Notes: generated by a model not told the origin, from the letters alone. DNA of 64,000 nt from Candidatus Hydrogenedens sp. (GCA_016125095.1 WGMK01000007.1:265605-329604); one strand, 5' to 3'. Positions 1 to 10,800 are shown, counted from the first letter of the stretch. Numbers and translations are program-made.

Positions 1-1203
1 GACAACAACTGCTTCTGCGGTCTCGATAGACGCAACGGCCGGTTCGGGCAAAGCCTCCGCCACTGTTTCTGCTACCGGCGCCGGGGCCTCCAGAACAGCG
101 GGCGCCGCGGACTCCGAATACTCCCGCATCTTGTCCATGGTGATTTGCTTGACGTCTACCTTCGCGGTCACCGCAGGCTTCTCGGCTGCGGCGGGACTCA
201 ACGAGGGCGTCTCGACCACGGCTTCCGCAGGAGCGGGGGAGGGCTCTGCGGGCTTCACGCTGGCCTCGACCGGAGCGGTCTCCACGCCGTCCGACAACAT
301 CATGACCGAGGCCCCGCCGCCGAGTATGACGGCCGCGGCGATACCGGCCGCAGCGGCGACCGGCACGTAGCGCTTCCAGTCCGACTGGCTCGGGCGCTTG
401 GGCGTGAGGTCGCGGATGACTTCCTTCACCAGCGCGGCGCGCACCGGCGTATGTCGCGCGCCGAAGGCGGATATGAGGACGTTATCGCAGGTGATGTTCA
501 GCACGCGGGGATTGCCCTTCGCGTGGGCGACAATCGCATTGATGGCATCCCCCGCGAGAATCTCGTCCGGCGAGCCGCCGGCCTGAATCAAGCGGTGGCG
601 GATATAGTCCGCGCTCTCCTGCTTGGTCAGCTGGCGCAGGTTGGCGCGCACGGCCACGCGCTGGTTGAGCTGGCGCAGGCCATGCAGGCCCAGCTTTTCT
701 TCCAGCTCCGGCTGACCCACGAGCAGTACCTGCAGCAGCTTGTCCTTGGTCGTCTCGAGGTTGGTCAGTACCCGAAGGTTTTCCAGGGTCTCGACGGGCA
801 TGTTCTGCGCTTCGTCGATCACCAGCACCACGCTCTTGTCTTTCTCGTAGAGATCGATCAGGTAGTGCCGCAGCCACTGCAGGCGGGCGAATTGCGAAAG
901 CCCGGCGGTGTCATTGCCGCACTCATGCATGATGGCTTCGAGCAACTCATCGAAACTGAGGTGCGGATCGAAGATGTAAATGGGCTGGACATCGGTGCCC
1001 TTGAGCTTCTGAATGTAGGCGCGCAGCAGGGTCGTCTTGCCCGTGCCGACTTCGCCCGTCACCACCACAAAGCCCTTCTGCTGCTGCACGCCGTACATGA
1101 CGGCAGCGAAGGCTTCCTTGTGGCAGGGGCTGGGGTAGAGGAAGTCCGGATCCGGTGTTATGTGGAACGGCTCCCGGTCCAGCCCGAAGTAGCTCAGGTA
1201 CAC
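1..1203 (-). CDS. ExeA/GspA-like AAA+ ATPase (PEP-CTERM/eps-associated ATPase-like), 3'-partial, runs off window start
   Basis: Manual minus-strand translation gives MYLSYFGLDREPFHITPDPDFLYPSPCHKEAFAAVMYGVQQQKGFVVVTGEVGTGKTTLLR (Walker A GEVGTGKTT), continuing without a stop to position 1 through a TM-like AAAGIAAAVILGG segment and a Pro/Ala-rich tail. GTG start at 1203 preceded by aagagga; it overlaps the stop of the upstream wzc-like gene. Absent from the ORF track because there is no stop inside the window. The plus-strand ORF 145-1212 is low-complexity antisense. Confidence 0.7.
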   Translation of the reverse strand, partial: MYLSYFGLDREPFHITPDPDFLYPSPCHKEAFAAVMYGVQQQKGFVVVTGEVGTGKTTLLRAYIQKLKGTDVQPIYIFDPHLSFDELLEAIMHECGNDTAGLSQFARLQWLRHYLIDLYEKDKSVVLVIDEAQNMPVETLENLRVLTNLETTKDKLLQVLLVGQPELEEKLGLHGLRQLNQRVAVRANLRQLTKQESADYIRHRLIQAGGSPDEILAGDAINAIVAHAKGNPRVLNITCDNVLISAFGARHTPVRAALVKEVIRDLTPKRPSQSDWKRYVPVAAAAGIAAAVILGGGASVMMLSDGVETAPVEASVKPAEPSPAPAEAVVETPSLSPAAAEKPAVTAKVDVKQITMDKMREYSESAAPAVLEAPAPVAETVAEALPEPAVASIETAEAVVV

Positions 1204-2753
1204 GCGTCGTAGTCCTCTTTCGACAGCGCGGCCAAGACGGGCACACCGAGGCGGCGCTCGGCCTGGTCGGTCGTGTTCAGCGAGTCATCCAGATAATCGA
1301 GCAGGAACGCCAGCAGGAGCCCCGAGAAGAGGCCCACCAGAATCCCCAGCCCGATGTTGAGCAGCTTGTTCGGATACGACGGCTCGACCGGCCTGGTCGG
1401 CTGCTGCACGATGGACAGGTTCGAGATGTTCTCGGCATCGAGCGCGGCGTTGATCTTGCTGCGCTTCACGTTGCCGCGGTAGTCGCGGTATTCCGTGGCC
1501 GCCACATCGACATTGCGCTCGAGGCGGGACAACTCGGTTTCAAGGCCGGCAAGGCGATCCAGTTCCGACTGCGCCTCTTCCAGCGTGTTGCCGAGCGAAT
1601 CGAAGGCGGCTTGCTTGGCCATATACTGCGCGCGCTCTTCGGCCACCGCGACCGAAAGGTCCTGGAACTTGGTATCGATGGCGCTCACCACCTCGGTGCG
1701 GGATTTCTCTTCGGCGTCGATGGTGGCGTTCGTGCGCGCGATTTGATCGCGCAGCATCTGCAGCGGACGGTGCGTGTCGGGATAGAGGGCCGCCATTTCG
1801 GCCTCCTGAATCTCGAGTTCAGCCACGACCTGCTTGAGGTTGTCGCGCACAGGATTCACGTTCATCGTCCGGATTTCCGTGTTGTGGCGTTCGCTAGTCT
1901 TCGCGAGCGCTTCTTCCAGCGAGGCCAGGCGCGCCTTAGAACCATCGCGCTCCGCCTTCACATTGCGCGAGTCCATGATCACCGAATTGATGCGCTCGAG
2001 CAGCGCATCCTTCTGGCTCTGCAGGTGAACAATCTTGTTCTCGACGCGGAATTGGTCCAGCTCGGCTTCGGCCGCGGCGAGCGCGGATGCCAATTCGTCG
2101 GCGCGCTGCTCGAAGAATTCCGGCCCCGCGAGCGAGGCATGGACATCGATGTGCTCAGCGAGATAAAGCTGCATCAGCTGGGTGAGCGTCTGCTGCGCGA
2201 GTTCCGCGCCGTAGGCGTCGTACTTCACGGTGAGGATGCTGGTGTTCCGCTCGACCTCGACGTCGAGGTTGTCCATCGCCATGACGATGGCCTCTTCCTG
2301 CGGCTCCAGCTTGGTCTTGAGATCCAGCGCGTAAAGCACGCCGTTTACTGCGCCACGCACGCCTTTGCGTACTTGCCGCACGATGCCCTTGATGCCGCCC
2401 GCCGCGGCGGTGTCGGCCGCCGGCATGAGCGCACTCTCGCCATGTTCCGCCAGCAGCTTTTCAAAGAGGCTGCGGTTCTTGAGAATGGCCACCTCGGACC
2501 GCACTTCAGCCTCGCGGTTGGTCAGCATGGCGGTGGTCGGACCGGAAATGGTGGGATCCACGCCCAGGCTCTCGCGGCCGAGGCGGACAAATACCTGTGC
2601 CTCGGAAGTGTAGAGCTCGGGTACGAGATAGGTGTACGCCGTTACGCCCGCCAGCACCAGCAGCGTCACCAGCAGGATTTTCCCCTTGTGGCGGAAAACC
2701 ACGTAGAGGATGTCACGCATCGAGAAGTCGAAAAGTTTAGGTGCGTTCGCCAT
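1194..2753 (-). CDS. Polysaccharide chain-length determinant protein (Wzz/Wzc/GumC family, no kinase domain)
   Basis: 519 aa with an N-terminal TM (ILLVTLLVLAGVTAYTYLV), a long coiled-coil periplasmic region and a C-terminal TM (LLNIGLGILVGLFSGLLLAFLL). This is the typical PCP-2a/GumC architecture. There is no Walker-A tyrosine-kinase domain. Confidence 0.75.
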   Translation of the reverse strand: MANAPKLFDFSMRDILYVVFRHKGKILLVTLLVLAGVTAYTYLVPELYTSEAQVFVRLGRESLGVDPTISGPTTAMLTNREAEVRSEVAILKNRSLFEKLLAEHGESALMPAADTAAAGGIKGIVRQVRKGVRGAVNGVLYALDLKTKLEPQEEAIVMAMDNLDVEVERNTSILTVKYDAYGAELAQQTLTQLMQLYLAEHIDVHASLAGPEFFEQRADELASALAAAEAELDQFRVENKIVHLQSQKDALLERINSVIMDSRNVKAERDGSKARLASLEEALAKTSERHNTEIRTMNVNPVRDNLKQVVAELEIQEAEMAALYPDTHRPLQMLRDQIARTNATIDAEEKSRTEVVSAIDTKFQDLSVAVAEERAQYMAKQAAFDSLGNTLEEAQSELDRLAGLETELSRLERNVDVAATEYRDYRGNVKRSKINAALDAENISNLSIVQQPTRPVEPSYPNKLLNIGLGILVGLFSGLLLAFLLDYLDDSLNTTDQAERRLGVPVLAALSKEDYDACT

Positions 2754-2776
2754 GGTTATGCTCTCGCTTTCTCGCG

Positions 2777-3544
2777 CTACTGCAGCAGATTCGGCAGGTT
2801 GATGTTGTAGCTACGCGTATTCACATCCTGGCCGCCGACCTGCCGGCTCCAGACATAGGTCGGCTGGAAGTTCCGCGGAATGATGTTGTTCACGTACTGG
2901 TCGACAAACTGATTGACCTTGTCGATAGCCGTCCGCGGCACATACACGACGTCGTAAGGCTGCAGCAGCACCACGTCGCTCTCGGAATTCTTCAGCGCGT
3001 CGGTGAGGTCGTAGGTGCGGGCATACTGCTTGCCGTCCTGCGAGCGCACCAGCAACACCTGATTCAACTTGGCCGTGTTCTTGTTGTACCCGCCCGCCAT
3101 CATGATGGCCTCGAGCAGGGTCAGGCGGCCCACAATGGGCAGCATCTGCGGGGCATTCACTTCGCCCGCCACAAACACGCGCTGGCTGCCGAGGCCTTCC
3201 ACGACCACCGTGATATCGGGATCGCGGATTTTGTCGGCGTAGGCCACCAGCAGATCCTCGCGAAGCTGCTCCGGCGTCTTGCCGGCGGCATCGACTTCCC
3301 CGACCATCGCCAGCGCAATCTTCCCGTCAGGGCGGATCGTCTGGGCGATGTTCAGGTCTTTCCAATAAGTGTAAAGAATCTGCAACTCATCGCCGGGCTG
3401 CAGAAGGAGAGGCTGCTCTTTCGCCTCGGGGAAATTGGGGCTGGTTTCCGGAGAATAGGTCTGGCAACCCGGCAGCAATAGCGCAAAAAGCGCTACGGCG
3501 GACAGGCATGCCCCCAACCGGATGAGGGAATGGTACCTGCTCAT
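2777..3544 (-). CDS. Polysaccharide export outer-membrane lipoprotein (Wza/Poly_export + SLBB-like)
   Basis: 255 aa with signal peptide and lipobox LLLPGC. Poly_export-like motifs (PGDELQI, KIALAMVGEV, VFVAGEVNAP, LTLLEAIMMAGG) are present. It sits between the wzc-like and GT genes. Confidence 0.8.
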   Translation of the reverse strand: MSRYHSLIRLGACLSAVALFALLLPGCQTYSPETSPNFPEAKEQPLLLQPGDELQILYTYWKDLNIAQTIRPDGKIALAMVGEVDAAGKTPEQLREDLLVAYADKIRDPDITVVVEGLGSQRVFVAGEVNAPQMLPIVGRLTLLEAIMMAGGYNKNTAKLNQVLLVRSQDGKQYARTYDLTDALKNSESDVVLLQPYDVVYVPRTAIDKVNQFVDQYVNNIIPRNFQPTYVWSRQVGGQDVNTRSYNINLPNLLQ

Positions 3545-3718
3545 GAACGTCGTTCTCCTTCCGGAATCATGGGGAACCGCACCCCGATGATCGCATTACG
3601 CTCGTCCCCGTCCCATCCACTCCGCGCGGAGGAACGGCAAGACCTTGCACCGCGTGGGGTTGTACATTCCCCTTGTCACTACAAATTTACCAGACTTTGC
3701 GTCAGTTTGTAAAGTAAT

Positions 3719-4957
3719 TCACAATCCAGCCCGCTGAATTGCGGGCTCAGTAGCGCTAATATTACGCTTTAAAATGCGAAAATAAAACTTTTCCAGAAGA
3801 TCAATAAGATGCTCCCAAGCAAGGACCTCTTCCGCCACCTGGCGGGCACGCTTTCCAATAGCGGCGGCTTCTTGCGGATTCCGTAGCAGCGAAACTACCG
3901 CTTCGGCCATGGCACCCGCCTCGGGCGCCGTGAGCACGCCGGCCTGATGTTCTTCGAACAGCCGTTTCACTTCGCCGACCGGATTGGATACGGTGGGACG
4001 CCCGACGCAGCAGTAGTCGCCCACCTTATTGGGCCACCGCCCGCGGTTGCTCACCTTGTCGGCGTAGGGCATGAGAAAGACATCTGCTGCCGGCAGGTAT
4101 TTTCGGAGGTCGGCGTAGGGTACCGGCCCGATCGGCATGAGCGATGTGGGGGGCACCCCGTCGGGAACGAGCCCGCGGAGGTCCTTCTTTCCCGGGCCCA
4201 CCAGCAGGAACACCGCCTCGGGAAATGCGTGCAGCACCCCGGCGAAGGCCTCTACGGCCAGTGGCAGATCGATGAGAACGTCGAGTCCGGAGAAGCAGAC
4301 AACCGGTACATCGGCCGGGATATCCAGCAATCGCCGGCTCTCCTCGCGGCTCAGGACCGGATCGAAGGCGCGCAGGTTGGCGCCGCCGGGAATCTGTACA
4401 CAGCGCTCCCGGGGTACGCCGAGATCCACGGCGCGTTCGATAAGGGCGTCACTGATAGCAGTGAGTCCATCCAGCTGATTCCGGTAGTGCTCCTCGAACC
4501 ACGTCTCAACGCCCGAGAAAAGTGCCTTGTACCAACCCGGCCGCCGTTCATCGATCAGCCCGCCGCGTCCCCACCAGTCAATCCAGTCGCTGACAATCGG
4601 AATATTGCGCGCGCGGCCATAGGCCAAAGCCGGCCAGATAACCGCAAGCCGTGTATCCAGGCAATGGATAATGTCGTACGGCTTATTCTCGGAGAACAGA
4701 AAGCGCTTCCGCTTCGAGGCGCAGTAGGGATCCCAGCCCTGCCGTAGCGCACCTACGAGCATATCCGGATTCTCAATAATCCGGAAGCCATCCACCTGCT
4801 CGACGTGTGTTCTCCAGCGTTCCGTGTCCGCGTGGCACATGACGTCCACCTCGTGCCCGCGCGCCGCCAGTTCCCGGGCCCACGGATACGCCCGAAAGTT
4901 TATTTTGAAGCGGCGGTGATTGCTGATCAGCAGGATTTTCAAGGGCAGCTGCGGCAA
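3719..4957 (-). CDS. Glycosyltransferase family 4-like
   Basis: 412 aa GT-B fold with a GT4-like C-terminal domain (VGPGKKDL...FLMPYADKVSNRGRWPNKVGDY, E-x7-E-like region). It is adjacent to the export genes. Confidence 0.7.
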   Translation of the reverse strand: MPQLPLKILLISNHRRFKINFRAYPWARELAARGHEVDVMCHADTERWRTHVEQVDGFRIIENPDMLVGALRQGWDPYCASKRKRFLFSENKPYDIIHCLDTRLAVIWPALAYGRARNIPIVSDWIDWWGRGGLIDERRPGWYKALFSGVETWFEEHYRNQLDGLTAISDALIERAVDLGVPRERCVQIPGGANLRAFDPVLSREESRRLLDIPADVPVVCFSGLDVLIDLPLAVEAFAGVLHAFPEAVFLLVGPGKKDLRGLVPDGVPPTSLMPIGPVPYADLRKYLPAADVFLMPYADKVSNRGRWPNKVGDYCCVGRPTVSNPVGEVKRLFEEHQAGVLTAPEAGAMAEAVVSLLRNPQEAAAIGKRARQVAEEVLAWEHLIDLLEKFYFRILKRNISATEPAIQRAGL

Positions 4958-5232
4958 GTTTTCTACTCCATATTCTCCTAGAGAATTTTAGAGCGCACCT
5001 CCCGCGAAAGCAATGACAGCCGCGCCGCAGGATCTTCGTCAGTCTGACGAAAACGCTTTGGCGGTTTTGACAGTGAGCTGACTATTCCGCATCCCCTCAA
5101 CGTGACAGCAAGTCCCTTAAAGCATTACAAATCAGCAACTTAGCGCACACTCGAATTGTTGGCATGGCGGCTGCAAAGGGGTTGACGTCTCGAATGTCAC
5201 GAATTCAGAATGAGTATGCGGGAGGTTGAACC

Positions 5233-7659
5233 ATGAAAAATCTTGTTTTTTGTCTTGCCTTGATGGCCCTGACCAGCGCTTTTCCTGTTTCTGCGCTGAC
5301 CATCCAAACGAACAGCGCGTCCATTAAACAGTCCCCCAGCCACGGACACCTGGCCTGGAACGGCGAAATCGGCCAGTACATCTATGTACCGGCCGCAGGC
5401 CAGTACCGGATGACGGTGCGCGCTGCGGGCATGCTCGCGGGCGGCGTCGGACCGGACATGGCGTTCCGCGTGAATCAGGTGAGCCGCTTCACCGTACAGG
5501 TCAACCACACCGATTTCCGCTACTACAGCTACGATGTCGCACTCGAAGCGGGCGCGCATGAAATTGGCGTTGCGTTCACCAACGACGCCTACATCAACGG
5601 TGAAGACCGCAACTTGCTGCTCGACACCATTTCGGTATCGCCGATTAGCGGCGGCGGCGAGCCCTCGCTGAGCACCGAGCAGGCGTGGATCGATGGCGCC
5701 CAGGTGCGCGACGCCGCGGTGCTGTCCAAGACGAACGCCCTTATCGAGCAGAACCGCAAGGCCCCGATGCAGGTGCTGGTGGTGGACGAGGCGGGCAACG
5801 CCGTGAGCGGCGCGCAGGTGGAAGTCACCCAGGACGCCAGCGAGTTCCTGTTCGGCGCGAACTTGCACGGCTTCAACCAATACACCGGTTCGCAGAACAC
5901 CACGTACAAGCAGAAGTTCAGCGAACTCTTTAATTACGCGACGGTGCCCTTCTACTGGTCAATGATCGAGCCGGTGCAGGGCCAGCCGAACTACGCGCTA
6001 CTGGACGCGATGGTGGCTTGGGCGAAGTCGAACAACATCGACCTCAAGGGCCACGCGGTGCTGTACGGCGACACGGGCATGGTGCCCGCGTGGGCCGGCA
6101 CGCCGAGCGAATCGACGCAGCTGGCGCGCATCAATGAAGTGTTCAGCCGCTTCGGCGGCAGCATCAACAAATGGGACCTCGTGAACGAGCCGGTCAGCGC
6201 GCTGGGCTCGATGGTCTTCGCGCCGGCCTACCACTACGCCAAGTCCCTCCAGCCGAACAGCAACCTGCTGGTGAATGAATACGGCCAGTTCTACAGCGGT
6301 TTCGACGTGTTCTTCGCGAACGCCTACCAGACCCTGCGCGAGACGATGGAGCAGCAACTCGCCGCCGGTACCCCGATTGACACGGTGGGTATCCAGGCGC
6401 ATGCGCCGGTCGATACGGCTTGGCCGCTGGAGACCATCTGGAACCACCTCGACCTGTACGCTGCGCTCGGCACCGACATCCACATCACCGAGTTCATGCC
6501 CTGCTCGAACGGCGCTCCGGTGCTGGGAACGCCCTACCGCGGCACCTGGACGGAGGCCACGCAGGCCCAGTTCGCCGAAGACTTCTACCGCGTCTGCTTC
6601 GCCCATGAAGACGTGAAGGCCATCAGCTGGTGGGACTTCGCCGACACGGGCGCCTGGCTCTCGGGCGGCGGCATGCTGCGCAGCAACTTCACAACGAAGC
6701 CGGTCTATGACCGCCTGAAGAACCTGGTGAAGAACGAATGGCGCACCAATGCGGCGGGCGCGAGCGACGCGCAGGGCCGCTACCTCGTGAACGCCTTCCA
6801 CGGCGCCTACACGGTAAGCGTGACGCGCGATGGCCAGACCTACACGCAGCACCTGACGGTCAGCAAGGACGGCGACAACGTCGCGGTGGTGACGCTCCCC
6901 GGCGGTTCGACGCCAACCCCGGACACGACGGCCCCGGTGATTAGCCTCAATGGTGCTGCGAGCGTGACGATTAACCAGGGCACGAGCTACAGCGACGCGG
7001 GCGCGACGGCGACCGACAACATCGACGGCAACCTGACGGCGCAGATCTCGGTGAGCGGAACCGTGAACATGAGTGTCGCGGGTACCTATACCCTGACCTA
7101 TCGCGTGAGCGATGCCGCTGGCAACGCGGCCACCCCGGTGACCCGCACCGTGACGGTGAAGGCCGTGGACACGGTAAAGCCGGTTATCACCCTGACGGGC
7201 TCCGCGAACATGAGTGTTAACCAGGGCGGCAGCTTCAATGACCCCGGCGCAACGGCGACCGACAACGTCGATGGCAACCTGACCAGCCAGATCACGGTGA
7301 GCGGTTCGGTGAACACGGGCGTGGCCGGTACGTACACGCTGACTTACCGCGTGAGCGATGCCGCCGGCAATGCCGCCACCCCGGTGACGCGCACCGTAAC
7401 CGTGCTCGCGGGCGACACCGTGAAGCCGGTCATCACGCTCAAGGGCTCCTCGACGGTGAGCGTCCGGTGGCGCCGCAGCTTCAGCGACCCCGGCGCGACG
7501 GCGACCGACAACGTGGACGGCAATCTGACCAGCAAGATTCAGGTCTCCGGCAACGTGAACACGAGCTGGCCGGGCACCTACTACCTCTACTACAACGTGT
7601 CGGACGCGGCTGGCAATGCGGCAACGCAGGTTGTCCGCACGGTCAAGGTCACCTGGTAA
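5233..7659 (+). CDS. Secreted GH10-like glycoside hydrolase with N-terminal beta-sandwich module and 3 C-terminal Ig-like (DUF5011-type) repeats
   Basis: RBS gggagg 7 nt upstream and a signal peptide MKNLVFCLALMALTSAFPVSA. GH10 (clan GH-A) catalytic signatures are present: WDLVNEP (acid/base) and ITEFMP (nucleophile). Three tandem ~82-aa repeats carry ATDN[IV]DGNLT and VSDAAGNAATPVTRTV motifs. Confidence 0.7.
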   Translation: MKNLVFCLALMALTSAFPVSALTIQTNSASIKQSPSHGHLAWNGEIGQYIYVPAAGQYRMTVRAAGMLAGGVGPDMAFRVNQVSRFTVQVNHTDFRYYSYDVALEAGAHEIGVAFTNDAYINGEDRNLLLDTISVSPISGGGEPSLSTEQAWIDGAQVRDAAVLSKTNALIEQNRKAPMQVLVVDEAGNAVSGAQVEVTQDASEFLFGANLHGFNQYTGSQNTTYKQKFSELFNYATVPFYWSMIEPVQGQPNYALLDAMVAWAKSNNIDLKGHAVLYGDTGMVPAWAGTPSESTQLARINEVFSRFGGSINKWDLVNEPVSALGSMVFAPAYHYAKSLQPNSNLLVNEYGQFYSGFDVFFANAYQTLRETMEQQLAAGTPIDTVGIQAHAPVDTAWPLETIWNHLDLYAALGTDIHITEFMPCSNGAPVLGTPYRGTWTEATQAQFAEDFYRVCFAHEDVKAISWWDFADTGAWLSGGGMLRSNFTTKPVYDRLKNLVKNEWRTNAAGASDAQGRYLVNAFHGAYTVSVTRDGQTYTQHLTVSKDGDNVAVVTLPGGSTPTPDTTAPVISLNGAASVTINQGTSYSDAGATATDNIDGNLTAQISVSGTVNMSVAGTYTLTYRVSDAAGNAATPVTRTVTVKAVDTVKPVITLTGSANMSVNQGGSFNDPGATATDNVDGNLTSQITVSGSVNTGVAGTYTLTYRVSDAAGNAATPVTRTVTVLAGDTVKPVITLKGSSTVSVRWRRSFSDPGATATDNVDGNLTSKIQVSGNVNTSWPGTYYLYYNVSDAAGNAATQVVRTVKVTW
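6922..7659 (+). repeat. 3 tandem 246-bp coding repeats (Ig-like DUF5011-type domains); units 2 and 3 nearly identical at DNA level
   Basis: Repeat units start at about 6922, 7168 and 7414. Conserved DNA blocks (gcgacggcgaccgacaac, ccggtgac(c/g)cgcaccgt) recur with a 246-bp period. Confidence 0.8.
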
Positions 7660-7693
7660 ACGCCTCATCACGCCTCTAGGCGTACTCACTCAA

Positions 7694-7740
7694 AAGGCGG
7701 CGGACCTACCCCTTCGGTCCGCCGCCTGAGTTTTTTTTTC
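7694..7740 (+). terminator. Rho-independent terminator after GH10-like gene
   Basis: GC-rich stem ggcggcggacc / ggtccgccgcc with loop tacccctt, followed by T9 (7731-7739). Confidence 0.8.
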
Positions 7741-7822
7741 GGCGTGAAAAGCATTCCAAACTGGAATGTGTTACACTTTTTGTTAGTCATCAATGGCTGC
7801 ACACTGGGGGAAACGCGCTGGA

Positions 7823-10800
7823 ATGCGCTGCTGGATTCCCATAGTTTTAGGCATCATTCTGGTTCCTGCCGCCTGGGCCGGTCCGCTGGACGGCCTGACC
7901 CTGCAGGCGGAGCTTCCGGCTGTTCAAACCAATCAGGCGACCGACCTTTCGATAGAACCGGAGGGCGGTCTCGACCCGGGCTGGACCTATGCCTGGACGT
8001 CATCCAGCGGAGCGCTAGCGGCGGACGAATCCGAAGCTACCTTCACCGCGTCGTCCCTGAGTGGATACGTCCTCATCGAGGTCGAAGTATTTGACGGTGC
8101 GAACAGCCTCGGCATTCTAAGAACGCCCCTGCTGATTTATACCCAACTGGCCATCATCAAGGCCGACGACTACGTGAGCTACAACGGCAGCGTGCCTGCG
8201 GCCTGGCAGGCCTATTTCGACGTGATGAACCGCGAGTACCGGCTCAAGCATACCGTCGGCGTGATCACGGAGTGCCTGAACAACTACACCTTCGAGACCG
8301 GCACCAATTTCACCGACGGCATGCAGGCGCTGCACGTCTCGGGGCTGGGAGAAATCTGGCACCACGGGCTTGACCACTCTGGTACCATCGACGAGGCCAA
8401 GGGGGCCGAATTGAGCTTGGCCGCGCTACCATCGCCAGTCTGGAAGGCATCGACCATCACGGAATTCTTCGGACAGCCTTACGCCTTCCAGAAGGCGCAT
8501 CTCGAGAACGGCTTGACGCTGTCGCGCGATGTGCTCGGGTTTCCGATGGTGACCTTCGGCGCGCCTTTCGGCATGAGCGACAGCACGACGATTACCGTCG
8601 TTGATGAATCCGCCGATATCGCCAATTGGTACGACGGGCTCTCGGGCACGGCCAAACGACTGTTGCCTGTAGACGGCGTGCTGGTAGAAAACCCTACGGG
8701 GTATCCGCTGCTCGAGCAGTTCAACGCGATCTATGATCCGGAACAGCCGCTGATCATCATGCAGGTGCATCCCGGTTACGAAGAGCCGGCAGGCGTGTTT
8801 CCCTTTAGCACGCGCCTCCCGGCGTGGCGTACGATGCTCGACACCGTCTTGTCGAATCAGACGGTGTTCCTGACGGCAGCCGAATACGACGCGCTGTTCG
8901 ACCAGGGGGCTTTCCCGCTGTATCCCGGTCGAGATACGGACACCGATGGCATCGAGGACTGGAACGAGGGCAACGGCGACACCGACGGCGACGGCATGCC
9001 GGATTTTCTGGACTTCGACAGCGGTGGAGCCGGACCTCGCATTCAACAGTTGGGTGTCGAGCTCGTGGCTGCGGGGCAGTATGAAATCACCTTCGAACTC
9101 GCGGACGCCGATACGGTGCATGACATCGTGGTCGAGCTGGATCAGGGCGGCGGAGCCGGGTTCGAGGCGCTGATTGAAATTAGCGGCGACCTCACGGGCC
9201 TGACCAGCGGCAATGGCTACACGATTGACTGGGACACTGCGACCGAGTTGCCGGGGGTAGAGCTTGATTACACGTCGATTCGACTGACGCCAGTTGTTTC
9301 GGTACCCGCCAGCCCCGACCGCGTACCCAGCGATGAGGCCACGTTCACGCAAGGATGCACGGACTGTGTCAGCGGCGACACAATACCCTCGTTCCAGGTC
9401 CGCCTCTCCCCCTATGAGTTGGGAACCTATGAAGTAACCAACGGCGAATTCGCCGACGTCCTGAACTATGCGCACGGCGAGGGGTACCTCACGAACCCCA
9501 GCGGTGCGGCTTATGCCGGCGGCGATGTGTACTTTGCCGGACAGAGGCTCTATGCCCTTTCCGCAAGCGGTGCGCAAATCGCATTCAGCGCAGGGATATT
9601 CAGTCCCAAGACCCGCGATACCCTGCCCATGGACGGCCATCCGGTAACTCAGGTGACCTGGTATGGGGCGGCGGCCTATTGCAATTGGTTGAGCGAACAG
9701 GCGGGACTCGAGTCCAACTACGACCCCGACGATCTCTGGCGGGCGGCTTACCCGCCCGCGAATGGATTTCGTCTGCCTAGCGAAGCGGAGTGGGAGCACG
9801 CCGCCGGATGGGTGGACGTCGATGGCGCCTTCGGCTTTCCAACCAGCACCGACACGCTGTCGACCCAGCAGGCGAACTACAGTTCGTCCAATCCGCTGAG
9901 CCTGACCAACGCGCCCTTCACCACGCCGGGCGGTTACTACGACGGTAACAATGGCACGACCGACAGCCCGAGTCCCTTAGGTGCTTACGACATGGCAGGC
10001 AACGCGGCCGAATGGTGCGCCGACCGATACGACGCGTACTTCGAATATTCCGCGACCGATCCGATAGGTTCCTACACAGGACCGCGCCGCGTGGTGCGCG
10101 GCGGTGCCTGGGCCGACACCGATGCTGCATGCGAAACGACCGCGCGCGAGTCGGCGCTGGGCAGCACGGCCAGCAATCGTATCGGCTTCCGTATCGCCCG
10201 CTCTGTACGGAACGGAGACCGGACGACATCAGGAATATCGATCGACAACGTCCCGCCGCAGGTAACCGCCATGGCGCTGGAATCGCCGGTCAGCGAGAGC
10301 GACCTTACGATGCGCTTCACCGTGACGTTTTCCGAGCCGGTGGAAGGGCTCGTGCTGGGCGACTTTGACCTCACCGCCAACGGAATCGTGGTCATTCCTC
10401 CGGCCCTCACGTCGTTGGAGGGAAGCGGCGACGCCTATGTACTTGAAGCCACCACGGGGACCATGCAGGGCTCAATCGACCTCGAACTGATTCCCTCTGC
10501 CGCGGCGACCGATGAGGGGCTCAATCCGATCGACGCCTACACAGAAACAGCGATAGCGACGCTGAATACGCTGGCTCCCGCAGTGACTTCGCTCGAACTG
10601 GTCGGAAGTCCGCCCGACAACGCGGACACCCTGGTCTTTAGTGTCATGTTCAGCGGGCTGGTGGTAGCGGTCGTGCCCGACGACTTCACGCTGCAACTCG
10701 ATGGCGAATCGGGACCCGTGGGACCGGCCATAACCGATGTCAGCGGGGCAGGCCCCGTCTGGCTGGTCACCGTGGCAGTCAATGAGTTCGACGGGCAATT

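Noticed and set aside
145-1212. Plus-strand 355-aa ORF at the window start
   Set aside because: The translation is low-complexity Arg/Gly-rich nonsense. The opposite strand in the same region encodes a clean ExeA-like ATPase with Walker A GEVGTGKTT, so this ORF is antisense.
5182-5232. TTGACG -35-like hexamer upstream of the GH10-like gene
   Set aside because: There is no convincing -10 element at 16-19-nt spacing, so I did not call it as a promoter.
5998-7689. 563-aa minus-strand ORF overlapping the GH10-like gene
   Set aside because: It is antisense to a well-supported secreted hydrolase and its product is Arg/His/Gly-rich with no domain. This is a typical high-GC shadow ORF.
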